From the IMG/VR virus record IMGVR_UViG_3300024308_000302, positions 1 through 64,000 of that record: DNA of 64,000 nucleotides, one strand, 5' to 3'. The position numbers and the translations under genes are program-made. Every line of letters begins with the position of its first letter. The stretch's first letter is position 1. The notes under the pieces are model-generated. The model was not told the origin of the DNA. It was given only the letters and a program-made list of their open reading frames with translations, and searched no databases. Shown in pieces: positions 47,019-57,143 of this stretch.

Positions 47019-47264
47019 TTAAAGTGATTTAGGAGTATACTCACGGAATTCAAACTTTAGTACCTGATGATAAACATTATCAGCATCTGGGCACGTATAA
47101 ATAATTGATTTTCCATCACAATGAGTACGCCACCAGTGGCGACCATGAGGTCCAGCATTAACACCCACAAAACCAGAGGATTGAAGTTTGTAATTATAAA
47201 TGATGATATCACGAGTTACTTTTTTTTCATCACCTTCCACCAAAACAATTTCAATGCTCGTCAT
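47019..47264 (-). CDS. hypothetical protein
   Basis: GAGG SD. Confidence 0.65.
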   Translation of the reverse strand: MTSIEIVLVEGDEKKVTRDIIIYNYKLQSSGFVGVNAGPHGRHWWRTHCDGKSIIYTCPDADNVYHQVLKFEFREYTPKSL

Positions 47265-47328
47265 AATAAACCTCTGAATCTGTTAAAGATGCCTAATTAT
47301 AGACGATAATGAATTTAATGACAAGTAA

Positions 47329-47691
47329 TTATAGACAAAGAATCTTATTTTTAGCCCAAAAATCTTTTGAAAAGTCCAAACCCAGATAGGCATAGCTATA
47401 AGGACAAGAAAGAAGTTGAACGAGTTCGGAACCAATACCTTGTTTTCTATATTTGGGAGACACATAACATTGAATGACTTTCAAGTTTTTGAATGAAATG
47501 CCTACAGGTTGTCCACCATCAAAAGCAAGAGCAATTTCAACATTGATATCCGATGGATCAGTGTCTTTACTGACAACAGCTAAAAGTAAATTTCGCAATG
47601 TCCATCCAGCAACATAAAGGCGATTAGAAAGAGCCAACTGACAGAATTGAATACGTTCTTCAAATGTGTTTGCAATCTTATAAGTAATCAT
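47329..47691 (-). CDS. GNAT-like acetyltransferase
   Basis: YVSPKYRKQGIGSELV motif A. Confidence 0.7.
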   Translation of the reverse strand: MITYKIANTFEERIQFCQLALSNRLYVAGWTLRNLLLAVVSKDTDPSDINVEIALAFDGGQPVGISFKNLKVIQCYVSPKYRKQGIGSELVQLLSCPYSYAYLGLDFSKDFWAKNKILCL

Positions 47692-47803
47692 TTGGGAGTC
47701 CTAAATTTTTATAAATTATATATAAAATAAATGAAATTGTAAACATAAAAATAGATGTTATATTGGTATATGAATGTAATAAAATAACATAAAAGAGGAT
47801 TGT

Positions 47804-48589
47804 ATGGAAATAACTGAAACACATACATTTGATCATGATTGGGGAGGGAAAGACCCTATTAAAATGTGGTCAAAAACTTGTTATATATTAATAGCAAGTT
47901 CAATATTGGCATTTATCAATATAGGATTTATAGCTGGACTTATAACAGGTGTTGTTGATTTAATAATGATATATCAACTAAAATACTTTTTAGATAAGAA
48001 TAATATAAGAGCAAGATTCAATACAGTAGAATCAAGAGGTAAACATATATTATTTTTAGGCATATATACTTTATTGCTAGGGTATATAATAAGTTCAATT
48101 GTAGTTGAAAGACCAGAAAATGAGATAATGAGTTTATTAATTAAAGTAGTAGGAGTAGCATCAATATTACATATTATTGCAAGAATATTAATAAATGAAG
48201 ACATAATGATACTTAAATATGATTATGATGGTCGTTATATGAAACATTTTAAAGATAAAGATACACCAATAAAATATATATTTGATCAATATGATGGAGT
48301 TGGTCCTATATATGGAGTAATAGCAAATAACTGTGGTGTAGAGATATTTAGTGAGTATAAGTATAAAAATAAATTATATGATAAACATACTGTTTTTGAA
48401 TATCTTAAAAAGTATGATAAACATATAGAAGATCTAACAGATGATGATTATGCAATAATAGCTAACATATACATATATGAAAATGAAGTATATGATTTAA
48501 ATGATGTTAAAGAGTATGCTAAAAAGATAAATCAAGATTATCTGTGGAATTTAAGAGAAGATGACTTTAAATTAATAAAAAAGATGTAA
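47804..48589 (+). CDS. 4-TM membrane protein with a duplicated cytoplasmic DLTDDD module
   Basis: GAGGA SD; similar layout to 50295-50990. Confidence 0.75.
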   Translation: MEITETHTFDHDWGGKDPIKMWSKTCYILIASSILAFINIGFIAGLITGVVDLIMIYQLKYFLDKNNIRARFNTVESRGKHILFLGIYTLLLGYIISSIVVERPENEIMSLLIKVVGVASILHIIARILINEDIMILKYDYDGRYMKHFKDKDTPIKYIFDQYDGVGPIYGVIANNCGVEIFSEYKYKNKLYDKHTVFEYLKKYDKHIEDLTDDDYAIIANIYIYENEVYDLNDVKEYAKKINQDYLWNLREDDFKLIKKM

Positions 48590-48612
48590 AAAAAGGGCCG
48601 AAGCCCTTTTTT

Positions 48613-49101
48613 CTATGCTGCCTCGGAAACAGTACCGAGGATATAATGTGGTTCGTTTTCAATGTTGAAAATGAAACTGTCGTAGATTGGATGACCTTGA
48701 ATGGATTGAGTAGAAACATGGTTGCCATCAATCTTAACAACCATCAGTTCACGACACCAGACAATAACAGTGTTATGTGGAACTGGCTCATGAGAAATTG
48801 CAATCACTTCTTCTGCCGAAAAATCTTCGTTACGGGCTGTTGCAATGTGCGAAAGAGCAATTGCCAGATGAGTATCAACAAATTTTTTCCGAGTCTCCAA
48901 ATCAACATTTTCAAGGCGTGGAGAATTATTCAGGACATAAAGCAGATGACCACGATGTTTAATATCAGTAGTCAAAGAAGCAAGAGCCTCATCAAAACGT
49001 TCATTTTTATCAATGGATGCAGTGCTGATTTTGGCATTCGCATAGAAATCTTTGACAGCGTTAACAACGTCTTCATAAGATTTGATAGCAATAGTTTTCA
49101 T
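48613..49101 (-). CDS. hypothetical protein
   Basis: AGGAG SD. Confidence 0.75.
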   Translation of the reverse strand: MKTIAIKSYEDVVNAVKDFYANAKISTASIDKNERFDEALASLTTDIKHRGHLLYVLNNSPRLENVDLETRKKFVDTHLAIALSHIATARNEDFSAEEVIAISHEPVPHNTVIVWCRELMVVKIDGNHVSTQSIQGHPIYDSFIFNIENEPHYILGTVSEAA

Positions 49102-49162
49102 GGCAAAGCTCCTTTGATTTGATGATGTAATTATAGCAATTTATGGAAGAAAAAACAAGGTT

Positions 49163-49399
49163 TTAAATGATAGGTTTGCGTTCAAGATAAGGCTTCAAGC
49201 GATCAATGTGACCATCATGCCACTGCATAGCACAAAGCGTAGGAAGATTTTTATTTTCTGGTGTGAATACCAAAAAACGACACCCCCTCAGCAGACCAAC
49301 ACCATAGGTTAATTCTTGACCAATTTTGTAAATGTTACCACGAACAGAGAATTCTTTACCAATATGCAGATCTTTATATTTCATGATCAACCCATTCAA
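49163..49399 (-). CDS. small hypothetical protein
   Basis: ORF in cassette. Confidence 0.65.
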   Translation of the reverse strand: MNGLIMKYKDLHIGKEFSVRGNIYKIGQELTYGVGLLRGCRFLVFTPENKNLPTLCAMQWHDGHIDRLKPYLERKPII

Positions 49400-49454
49400 A
49401 AAAATGAATTTGAATTATACCATAAAAAGTTTCTGCTGAAAAGAAAAAGCAGCC

Positions 49455-49577
49455 TTAGTGGCTGCCTTTTTTGTCATGTTTAGCAAAGAACATATAATAG
49501 CCAATGTAGACTGGTACAATAAGTGGCATGGTGCAAGCAACAACTGTAATGGTAGTCAGTTCGTTCTTAATGCTCAT
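49455..49577 (-). CDS. 40-aa membrane peptide (MSIKNELTTITVVACTMPLIVPVYIGYYMFFAKHDKKGSH)
   Basis: translated by hand; AGGT SD; own promoter. Confidence 0.55.
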   Translation of the reverse strand: MSIKNELTTITVVACTMPLIVPVYIGYYMFFAKHDKKGSH

Positions 49578-49655
49578 TTTAAGTTACCTGTTTTGTTTGT
49601 TGATGTGTTCATTATACCACAAAAACTTGAAAACAAAGAGCCGTTGATCGGATAA

Positions 49656-49931
49656 TCAAATAATTTGCATAGAAGCATATTTGATTTCCATATTGTCAAC
49701 ACTAACAGAAATAGGCATATCATTAATACACGCCTGAAAATCAAAATTAACAAGTGAATCATCATTACAGAACAGTTCAACAACACAATGTTTAGTGTTT
49801 TTATCGAAAGAAATCACCTGAGCACTGTCAATCATGGCATGGAAGAATTCTGCATCAAGATGAAAGAAATCACTTTCATAGTCAGAAAGCTGGGAAGTGA
49901 CAGTAAACGAAGCGGTTACGAAAGAGGTCAT
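49656..49931 (-). CDS. acidic hypothetical protein
   Basis: GGAG SD. Confidence 0.7.
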   Translation of the reverse strand: MTSFVTASFTVTSQLSDYESDFFHLDAEFFHAMIDSAQVISFDKNTKHCVVELFCNDDSLVNFDFQACINDMPISVSVDNMEIKYASMQII

Positions 49932-49974
49932 GGGTTATCTCCAAAAAAACTTATTTTAACACAAATTCAAAAAA

Positions 49975-50208
49975 TTAGGAAGAAACAATCACTGTATATT
50001 TGAGATAATCTGGGTAAATTCGCCATTTGTGACACCCACTATCAGTAAAAATTGTTTTACCAACTTTACATTTGCTCAGACAACGATTATCCAGAACATG
50101 GTTGGCACAAGCAACACAGGATTTTGAAAATACGGCTCTTGTAATAGCATTAATATTAACAGATTTTGGTACACTATTTTTAATTGTATCACTATTAGAA
50201 TTAAGCAT
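49975..50208 (-). CDS. small Cys-rich protein
   Basis: CxxC...CxxxC...C pattern. Confidence 0.55.
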   Translation of the reverse strand: MLNSNSDTIKNSVPKSVNINAITRAVFSKSCVACANHVLDNRCLSKCKVGKTIFTDSGCHKWRIYPDYLKYTVIVSS

Positions 50209-50294
50209 ATTGAATAGCTCCTGATAATGGTCATATTATACCACATAATGGAAAAAGAAAAAAGTTGATTTTTCAGTGAATAATGATATTTTAA

Positions 50295-50990
50295 ATGAAA
50301 AAGGATTGTCACATGCTTAATAACAAATATACATATTTACTACTAATAAAAATGATAGGCTTAATGTTCGGGTTTATATTGTTTACTTATATGCCAGCAT
50401 ACACAATGCTTTCAAAAGTGATTATGGCAGTTAGTATTACAGAATTGATTATAGACTCATACAGTATGTATAAATTAAATAAGAATAAAAGACAAATAAA
50501 AATAGATAAAGAAATATTAAAAGATATAGTTAAATTCATAGCAATAATAGCTGCCCTATATATCGGCCTACATTACATATATGATTACATATTGCATACT
50601 GAAAGTGTATTGTTAATAGGTTTTTGGGTGATAGTAATGATAATAGGTTATTTATTAAAAAAGTTAGAAAATTTTGCAATTATTAATTATATATCAAAAG
50701 GTAATGGGTTTGATGAAAAAATGCAAAAAAAGAAAAAGAAAATAATGGAAGATGAAGGATATATAGTATATCAAAGAAAAGTAGCAACATTAGATGTATT
50801 TGATGATTATAAAATAAAAGAATTAAGAATAAATAATGTTGAATATGACATATTGAAAGGTATATATAGAATAAAAGGAAAAGAATACAGTGAAAAAGTA
50901 GTTGAACTATATATAGATGAAAATAATATAAAAGTTCAAGACTTAACTGATAATGACATTGAAATGTTAGACATGCTGGACATTCGCTAA
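50295..50990 (+). CDS. 4-TM membrane protein with a cytoplasmic DLTDND module
   Basis: paralog-like to 47804. Confidence 0.75.
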   Translation: MKKDCHMLNNKYTYLLLIKMIGLMFGFILFTYMPAYTMLSKVIMAVSITELIIDSYSMYKLNKNKRQIKIDKEILKDIVKFIAIIAALYIGLHYIYDYILHTESVLLIGFWVIVMIIGYLLKKLENFAIINYISKGNGFDEKMQKKKKKIMEDEGYIVYQRKVATLDVFDDYKIKELRINNVEYDILKGIYRIKGKEYSEKVVELYIDENNIKVQDLTDNDIEMLDMLDIR

Positions 50991-51520
50991 ATAGCAATCA
51001 TGGTCAACACTTCCAGTATGTGAGGCAAATCGTTTGCATTATTATATTTAAGACCATAATTATCAAGGATAATATCTACGTTCTCAATTAAGTTACCATT
51101 AACAAGTTTTTTAGAGATACTTTGATCAACTTTTCTTAATGGTGGAGCAGAAATGGAAGTTGTGACAACTGAAACTTTAAAGGGGTCAAGGGAAATAATG
51201 TTCATATATGCAGATGTAGATATTTCATTCAAAGTTGACATATCTAAAACATGTAAAATATCTTTATAGGCTTGAATCTTTTCTAAATCAAAAAAAGAAT
51301 TATCAGAAGTACAATGATTCTCTAAAATGAGCATATGTGATGTAGCAGTATTCTTTTCAAAATTAATAGATAGCCTAAAAATGTTTCTCATAGAACTTGT
51401 ATAAAAAGCAACTTCTTGTCGCTGAACAGACCCATCATCATTTTTTATATTATTAACATTAATTTGATGTGGTTTAAACTTTAGACCAAGTGCTTTTAAA
51501 ACAATATCATATTTTTCCAT
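50987..51520 (-). CDS. hypothetical protein
   Basis: 177-aa ORF, tail-to-tail overlap with 50295. Confidence 0.7.
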   Translation of the reverse strand: MEKYDIVLKALGLKFKPHQINVNNIKNDDGSVQRQEVAFYTSSMRNIFRLSINFEKNTATSHMLILENHCTSDNSFFDLEKIQAYKDILHVLDMSTLNEISTSAYMNIISLDPFKVSVVTTSISAPPLRKVDQSISKKLVNGNLIENVDIILDNYGLKYNNANDLPHILEVLTMIAI

Positions 51521-51531
51521 GACAATAAACC

Positions 51532-52602
51532 TTATTTTTTAACTTTCAATTTAGAATGAATGCCCCAGTAATGACCTTTAGAATGGGCCTTTAAACTATG
51601 ATTAATATCAACAGTAGTACCGTCAATAGCAATAACAACATGTTCAATATCATCTGGATTTACTTTATTGGCTTCACAAAGAGTATTATAAAGATCATAA
51701 TCTAACAGTGTGTACCACCACAAATCCATACAAACTGAACCTACATTCTCATAGGACATTAACTTTTTAAAATGTGATGATTCTTCATCTTCTTCATCAT
51801 AATTCGAAATCAAAATTTCTTTATCTTTTTTAAATGCATCAAGCATTGTGTTACCAACAAAGAAAAATCCAATATTATGAGCAGCATAAAATTCAGTTTC
51901 TTTAATACAACCAGCAGTAGAGTTGATTGAATATTCATAACGATCTTCTCTTTGTTTATTAAAGAACTTTCGTGGATTATTCAAGAAGACTAATTTTTTA
52001 GAAGGTGCAGTAATAGTAACTTTTACATTAGTTGGTTTTTTATCTTTATAAGTGCAAGCTTCAGAGTCATCATCGATCATTTGAATTTTATTTTCCTTAA
52101 AGTTCAAATAGAAACTTACATATTTAGAACATTTAGGGCATTTCTGAGTTGACATAAGTTCAATTAAATTAGACCCAAATGCAAAAAGAAAAAGACTTCG
52201 CTTATCTAAAATTGTATTATTTTTAATAGAAAGATATACTTTATAAGAGTCTATTGCAACTTTTGTAGAAAGGTAACGAGAAAGACCAGCCCTGTTAAAA
52301 ATATAGTCATCTTTATATTCAACAGAATTAAGAGTTTTTCCATCATAGTTGTCATAATGCCCTTTTAAGTCGAAAACAGGTTCTGATGCATAAAAGAGAT
52401 TATCAATAATTAAATCAATAAAATCTTTATAATAAGTTTTATTTCCAAGATAAGCAGGATCTTTTTTAGCTTCCCCAACAGGAATATATGTCAGTTCAGG
52501 TACTGCTTTATCTGAATCATATTGTTTAGACTGATTAAAATCATCTAAATGAAAGTTAACAAAATTATGCAATGCTTCATAATAAAAATTCAACGATGAC
52601 AT
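51532..52602 (-). CDS. hypothetical protein with a CxxC motif
   Basis: 356-aa ORF; AGGAG SD. Confidence 0.8.
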   Translation of the reverse strand: MSSLNFYYEALHNFVNFHLDDFNQSKQYDSDKAVPELTYIPVGEAKKDPAYLGNKTYYKDFIDLIIDNLFYASEPVFDLKGHYDNYDGKTLNSVEYKDDYIFNRAGLSRYLSTKVAIDSYKVYLSIKNNTILDKRSLFLFAFGSNLIELMSTQKCPKCSKYVSFYLNFKENKIQMIDDDSEACTYKDKKPTNVKVTITAPSKKLVFLNNPRKFFNKQREDRYEYSINSTAGCIKETEFYAAHNIGFFFVGNTMLDAFKKDKEILISNYDEEDEESSHFKKLMSYENVGSVCMDLWWYTLLDYDLYNTLCEANKVNPDDIEHVVIAIDGTTVDINHSLKAHSKGHYWGIHSKLKVKK

Positions 52603-52697
52603 ATAATATAAACTCCTATAATCGCAAAAGTATATCAGATATATTTAAAAATAACAACAAAAAAGAGGCCGAAGCCTCTTTTATTATAAATGAACAA

Positions 52698-53201
52698 TTA
52701 AACTAGAAGACTAATTGCATCTTGTGTGTCTTGAATAACTTTTTGATAAGAAGAAACATATTCCTCCAGTTTCTCCTTAGTGGCGAAGTATGGAGAGCCA
52801 TGATCTGTCAAAACCAATTTATTACCTTCTGGAGTATCTACCACCCATGCTTTATAGTCACTTTCCCAACCAAGATGAAGAATATTAAATAGCTTAATTT
52901 TTTTGTAAGAGACACCATCAACTGTAACAGGTTTAGCTAAATCTGCAGAGATCTCTTCTTTTTTCGACATAACATCATAAATAATTTGGCGTTTTTCATC
53001 AAAACCTTGACCAAAAATATCATTCATACATTCAATATGAGAAGTTTCAGAGGTCGAATAAGTAGCATCCAGAACAGTCCAGAAATCATCAACCCACTGA
53101 TTAATAGCATCACTTGTGGAAAATGTCGAAAAATCAACATCACCAACACGAATGCCACCAACAACTAAATCTTTAATTTTGTCATTAGTTACAATTTGCA
53201 T
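52698..53201 (-). CDS. hypothetical protein
   Basis: GGAG SD. Confidence 0.75.
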   Translation of the reverse strand: MQIVTNDKIKDLVVGGIRVGDVDFSTFSTSDAINQWVDDFWTVLDATYSTSETSHIECMNDIFGQGFDEKRQIIYDVMSKKEEISADLAKPVTVDGVSYKKIKLFNILHLGWESDYKAWVVDTPEGNKLVLTDHGSPYFATKEKLEEYVSSYQKVIQDTQDAISLLV

Positions 53202-53294
53202 AATACTTTCTCCAAAAATATTTAATGAATTATAGCAAAATAAAGGTTCTTAAGCAACAAAGACTTCCGAAGAAGTCTTTATTTACAATTAACG

Positions 53295-53552
53295 TCAGTC
53301 CTCACCATACATCAAATCAAGGCCATCATTTGCCCATTGCAGATCTCGAATCAATTCTGCTTCACTTTCTTCATAAGCAGAAACATCCATCCATTTTTCG
53401 CAACCATATTCATCAAGTGTTACAACGTTTTTGCTACCATCATGCTCAATGATAAGGTAAGAACCTTGAGGCAGTTCTTTCTTGGTCTTGTAGAATTCGA
53501 AAGCTGTCATTTCTGCAAGTGCATTACTCATTTCTATATTCCTTGATTTCAT
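53295..53552 (-). CDS. small acidic protein
   Basis: start uncertain. Confidence 0.65.
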   Translation of the reverse strand: MKSRNIEMSNALAEMTAFEFYKTKKELPQGSYLIIEHDGSKNVVTLDEYGCEKWMDVSAYEESEAELIRDLQWANDGLDLMYGED

Positions 53553-53588
53553 TTTATGCGATGATTATACACAAATTTTAAGACATAA

Positions 53589-54227
53589 TCAAGATTTTTT
53601 AGATTCGATAATTTTTACCAGATTATCCAAGAATCCATGGACTGGTTCAGTTTGAACAAAACGTTCAAAATTGAACAGTTTTGTAATGTTTTTTTCGTCA
53701 ACAACTTTGTTGAACTCAGCTACAACTTCTTTGTAAACATTAGGGCGTGTACTTTCATTGTAATAAACAACATCTTTACCATCTTCACGGCAATAATGGT
53801 TAAGGCCAAGATTTTTGTATACTTCTGGAAGAATATCAATATAATCTGCACAAATTTTTGTATGTCGAATCACAACAGCCCTATTCATGTTTGCTTCTGG
53901 CATAGAATAAAGCTCGTCCGTCAAGGCAGCGTATTTTTCTGTACATTGCTTTTCGATGGCATGGTTTTCAATATTGATTTGAGCGTTAAGCACATCAATT
54001 TCATTCTGGAGACGATGCAGTTGAACTGCAATGTTTGCAGCCAATGCTTGTTGTTCAAGTGGAAGGCTTTGTTGCATTTTAGTCAATTCAGCCACAACAG
54101 AAGATGTATCAAAAACAGCATGACCATCATCACTCATAGACAATACAGGCAAAACATCTTTGATACTGCTACGCAGAGCTTTGGTTTCAGCAGTGTAAGT
54201 AGCAATTTTTGCAGACACAGAAGTCAT
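53589..54227 (-). CDS. hypothetical helical protein
   Basis: GAGG SD. Confidence 0.75.
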   Translation of the reverse strand: MTSVSAKIATYTAETKALRSSIKDVLPVLSMSDDGHAVFDTSSVVAELTKMQQSLPLEQQALAANIAVQLHRLQNEIDVLNAQINIENHAIEKQCTEKYAALTDELYSMPEANMNRAVVIRHTKICADYIDILPEVYKNLGLNHYCREDGKDVVYYNESTRPNVYKEVVAEFNKVVDEKNITKLFNFERFVQTEPVHGFLDNLVKIIESKKS

Positions 54228-54395
54228 GATAGATGCCTCTTAATTTAGGATGTGAGCATTATACGTATTTTTAGTTTCAACATCAACACTTTTGAGTCAA
54301 TAATTGACGATTTTTTTGATCCCAGTTGCAATAATAACAGATATCTAAAACAAAATCAAAAAAGGAGCCGAAGCTCCCTTTTTATAAAATTTGAA

Positions 54396-54740
54396 TTATT
54401 CGATGCCAGTCCAAGGCAATGTTTTACCTTCAAGTTCAAACACACTACCACGCGATTTGTTACGTGCAGGTGCTTTCCAACCTGCAGCTTTCAGTAGTGT
54501 GCCATAAGGAAATTCTTTGTCATTATGGCAGTTAACAACAAAGCCATTTACACTACGGCTACCACGATTTTCTACCACAACTTTGATGTATTTTTTACCA
54601 AAATCAAATTCAATTTCATAATCACCATTGAAACCATTTTTGGTATAGTCAGCCTTCATGAGTTCAGCAACTTTATTCAAGCCAAGATGCATATCTTCTT
54701 CACTGTGTACAATGATGTTTTGGATAGCTGCAGTAGTCAT
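54396..54740 (-). CDS. conserved phage protein (KYIK...SV.GF...LKAA.W.APARN), tandem copy 1
   Basis: motif shared with the adjacent copy. Confidence 0.8.
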   Translation of the reverse strand: MTTAAIQNIIVHSEEDMHLGLNKVAELMKADYTKNGFNGDYEIEFDFGKKYIKVVVENRGSRSVNGFVVNCHNDKEFPYGTLLKAAGWKAPARNKSRGSVFELEGKTLPWTGIE

Positions 54741-54880
54741 TTGCGTATCATCCTATGTTTTCGTCTTGATGAGTATATTATATAGAAGAACCAATAGATC
54801 ATCAACAACTATTTTTAAGTTTTTTCAAACAGAATAAACAAAAAAGGAGCCGAAGCCCCTTTCATGTTGTTCCAAATCCC

Positions 54881-55225
54881 TTACAGGATGCCAGTCCAAG
54901 CTACTTTCTTGTCTGCGATTTCGAAGATGTTGCCACGGACATTGTTTCGTGCTGGTGCAGCCCAAGAAGCAGCTTTCAGCAGAGTCCCATAAGGGAATTT
55001 CTTATCGTTATGAACGTTGACGATGAACCCACCAACACTGCTACTACCACACCAACGTTTAACGATTTTGATATATTTGCTGCCAAATTCGAATTCAATG
55101 GCATAATCCGAAGTGCTGCCACCTTTGTAGAAGTCTTTCGTCATCATGTCGGCCAAAGCTTGAAGGCAAGGCTGCATGGTTTCTGCATTGCGTTCAACTT
55201 GGGTAGCAACGGTGGTGTTAGTCAT
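54881..55225 (-). CDS. conserved phage protein, tandem copy 2
   Basis: paralog of 54396; shared terminator and leader type. Confidence 0.8.
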   Translation of the reverse strand: MTNTTVATQVERNAETMQPCLQALADMMTKDFYKGGSTSDYAIEFEFGSKYIKIVKRWCGSSSVGGFIVNVHNDKKFPYGTLLKAASWAAPARNNVRGNIFEIADKKVAWTGIL

Positions 55226-55324
55226 TTCGATTCATCCTGTGTCGTTGTCTTGATGTGGTTATTATAGGGAATTTCGCCTAGCCATGCAAGCTTTATTTTT
55301 AAGTTTTTTCAAAGAAAAACAGTT

Positions 55325-55555
55325 TTAATTTTTGTCATTTTCCTGTTTAATTAGATGGATCTTGCTAGTGATGAGATCCATGTCTTTATTTACATCTTTT
55401 ATCATTTCAATAGATTTTGACATATCACTATTTGCTTCTCGAAGCAACCTAATCATACGGTCAAAAGAAGATTCTTCCACCAGAGTAGATTTTTTAGGAG
55501 CAATGCCAAAAACTTTTTTAAGGCCGACAACAAATAGTTTAAATGAAAAAGTCAT
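55325..55555 (-). CDS. small coiled-coil protein
   Basis: start at MTFSFK (GAGG SD). Confidence 0.65.
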   Translation of the reverse strand: MTFSFKLFVVGLKKVFGIAPKKSTLVEESSFDRMIRLLREANSDMSKSIEMIKDVNKDMDLITSKIHLIKQENDKN

Positions 55556-55632
55556 AATGACCTCTGCAAAAAGATGATTTATTATAACATATGTAAAAAA
55601 AGAGAGCAATAAAAAACCACCCGAAGGTGGTC

Positions 55633-55887
55633 TTATTTGTTGCTAACAGAAAAAGTTGTGGACGCGACTTCTTGGTTATCAACATCTAGAGAAATTCGAT
55701 ATCCAACATAGTCATAGTCATAATAGTCTTCTGAACCTAAAGAAAATGAAACATCTTCTTTCAGAATACTCACAACAGAATTACGAACATCAACATCTTC
55801 TCGCATTAATTCAACAAGAATTTCTGCAAGTAAAGCTTTTGCATCAGAACTGCTTTGAATTGCTTGTAAAAGTTCAATAGGGGTCAT
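55633..55887 (-). CDS. small acidic protein
   Basis: start at MTPIEL (GAGGA SD). Confidence 0.7.
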   Translation of the reverse strand: MTPIELLQAIQSSSDAKALLAEILVELMREDVDVRNSVVSILKEDVSFSLGSEDYYDYDYVGYRISLDVDNQEVASTTFSVSNK

Positions 55888-56004
55888 AATTTTATCCTCA
55901 TAGGGCTGTCTAAACGATAGCTTGTGGATATATGTCCTCTGAACAGGTTGTAGTATAACAAAACAGAAGAAACAATGCAATAAAAAAACCGCCGAAGCGA
56001 TTTT

Positions 56005-56766
56005 TTATTTTACCCAAATTTCGATATTGTGTTTATCACCAGCAATACCTGTACCAGAATAGCCAGGATTTGTATTACCTGCACCCCAACCATGAGTGAC
56101 AGAAGCTCCAATATATTGAGTTGCAATATATAAGCTGGATGGTAGAGTAAAATCAGAAAGTCCAGCAACATCTGAATGTGGTTGTCCTTGTCTATAACCT
56201 GCAGATAAAGTTTCATTTGAATAACTTGTCAAACAAATACCAGTCGCTTGTACATTACTGCTATATGAGCATTCTCCTGAAAAATAACGAGTCCCTGCAT
56301 AACGACCATAAGCTATTGTCTTATAGGTATTTTTAGGAATGGAGTTAATGACAGCATCTGGCAATTTGTAAGTTACAGAACTTGCTGGATTAGAGGCTAT
56401 ACCTGCTGGATTACTCCAATTTGCAGTAGACATTTGAATACCACGACCAACCAGAGTCCATCCACCATTAGACATATCACAGTAAACTGAGATATCAGAA
56501 CCATTATATTTTATAGTTTGAATACCATTAGTAAGTGATGGGTCTTTTGACAAAAGTCCTTTACAAGATGAAGACGTTAAATCTTCTTCTGGTTCCTCTG
56601 GGATTACAGGTTCCTCTGGTTCTTTAACTGGTGGAGTTTCACCATTATAAAAATGAATATCAGGGACACCAATAATGACTTGATAAGTTTTTGTATCTGC
56701 GGCTAAAGATATAAAAGGTGTCAATACAATTACTGGGATTATAAGTTTGAATTTATTAAGGCTCAT
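56005..56766 (-). CDS. exported protein with a fibrinogen-like C-terminal domain
   Basis: signal peptide, YQVIIG, Pro/Glu linker, SC...VYCDM..GGWTLV fibrinogen signature. Confidence 0.8.
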   Translation of the reverse strand: MSLNKFKLIIPVIVLTPFISLAADTKTYQVIIGVPDIHFYNGETPPVKEPEEPVIPEEPEEDLTSSSCKGLLSKDPSLTNGIQTIKYNGSDISVYCDMSNGGWTLVGRGIQMSTANWSNPAGIASNPASSVTYKLPDAVINSIPKNTYKTIAYGRYAGTRYFSGECSYSSNVQATGICLTSYSNETLSAGYRQGQPHSDVAGLSDFTLPSSLYIATQYIGASVTHGWGAGNTNPGYSGTGIAGDKHNIEIWVK

Positions 56767-56877
56767 ATAAAATTTATTATTATTATTTCACACATTATAA
56801 TATAGGCCACAATTAAGTCAATAACAAAAAAGCCACTCGAAAGTGGCTTTAATTGCATTATTGAAAATATTTAGATT

Positions 56878-57066
56878 TTAAACATCTTCATAAACAGGTT
56901 TAATTCCATGGCTTTTGAATTCTGCTTCAAGTTCTTCTTGAGTCATATTGGCAAAACCTTTAAATCCATGGTAAGCAACTGAATACTGCTCACTACTGTC
57001 ACTTGCAAGCAGACTCATTTCGCTGTCAAGGAGTGCTTTGATGGATGCTTGAGTAATCTTTTTCAT
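56878..57066 (-). CDS. small hypothetical protein
   Basis: ORF in cassette. Confidence 0.7.
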   Translation of the reverse strand: MKKITQASIKALLDSEMSLLASDSSEQYSVAYHGFKGFANMTQEELEAEFKSHGIKPVYEDV

Positions 57067-57143
57067 GGAGTTTATCTCGCTCTATTTAAGATGTGCTAAT
57101 TATAACAAAAATCATCAACAAAAACAATAATTATTGTTGTATA

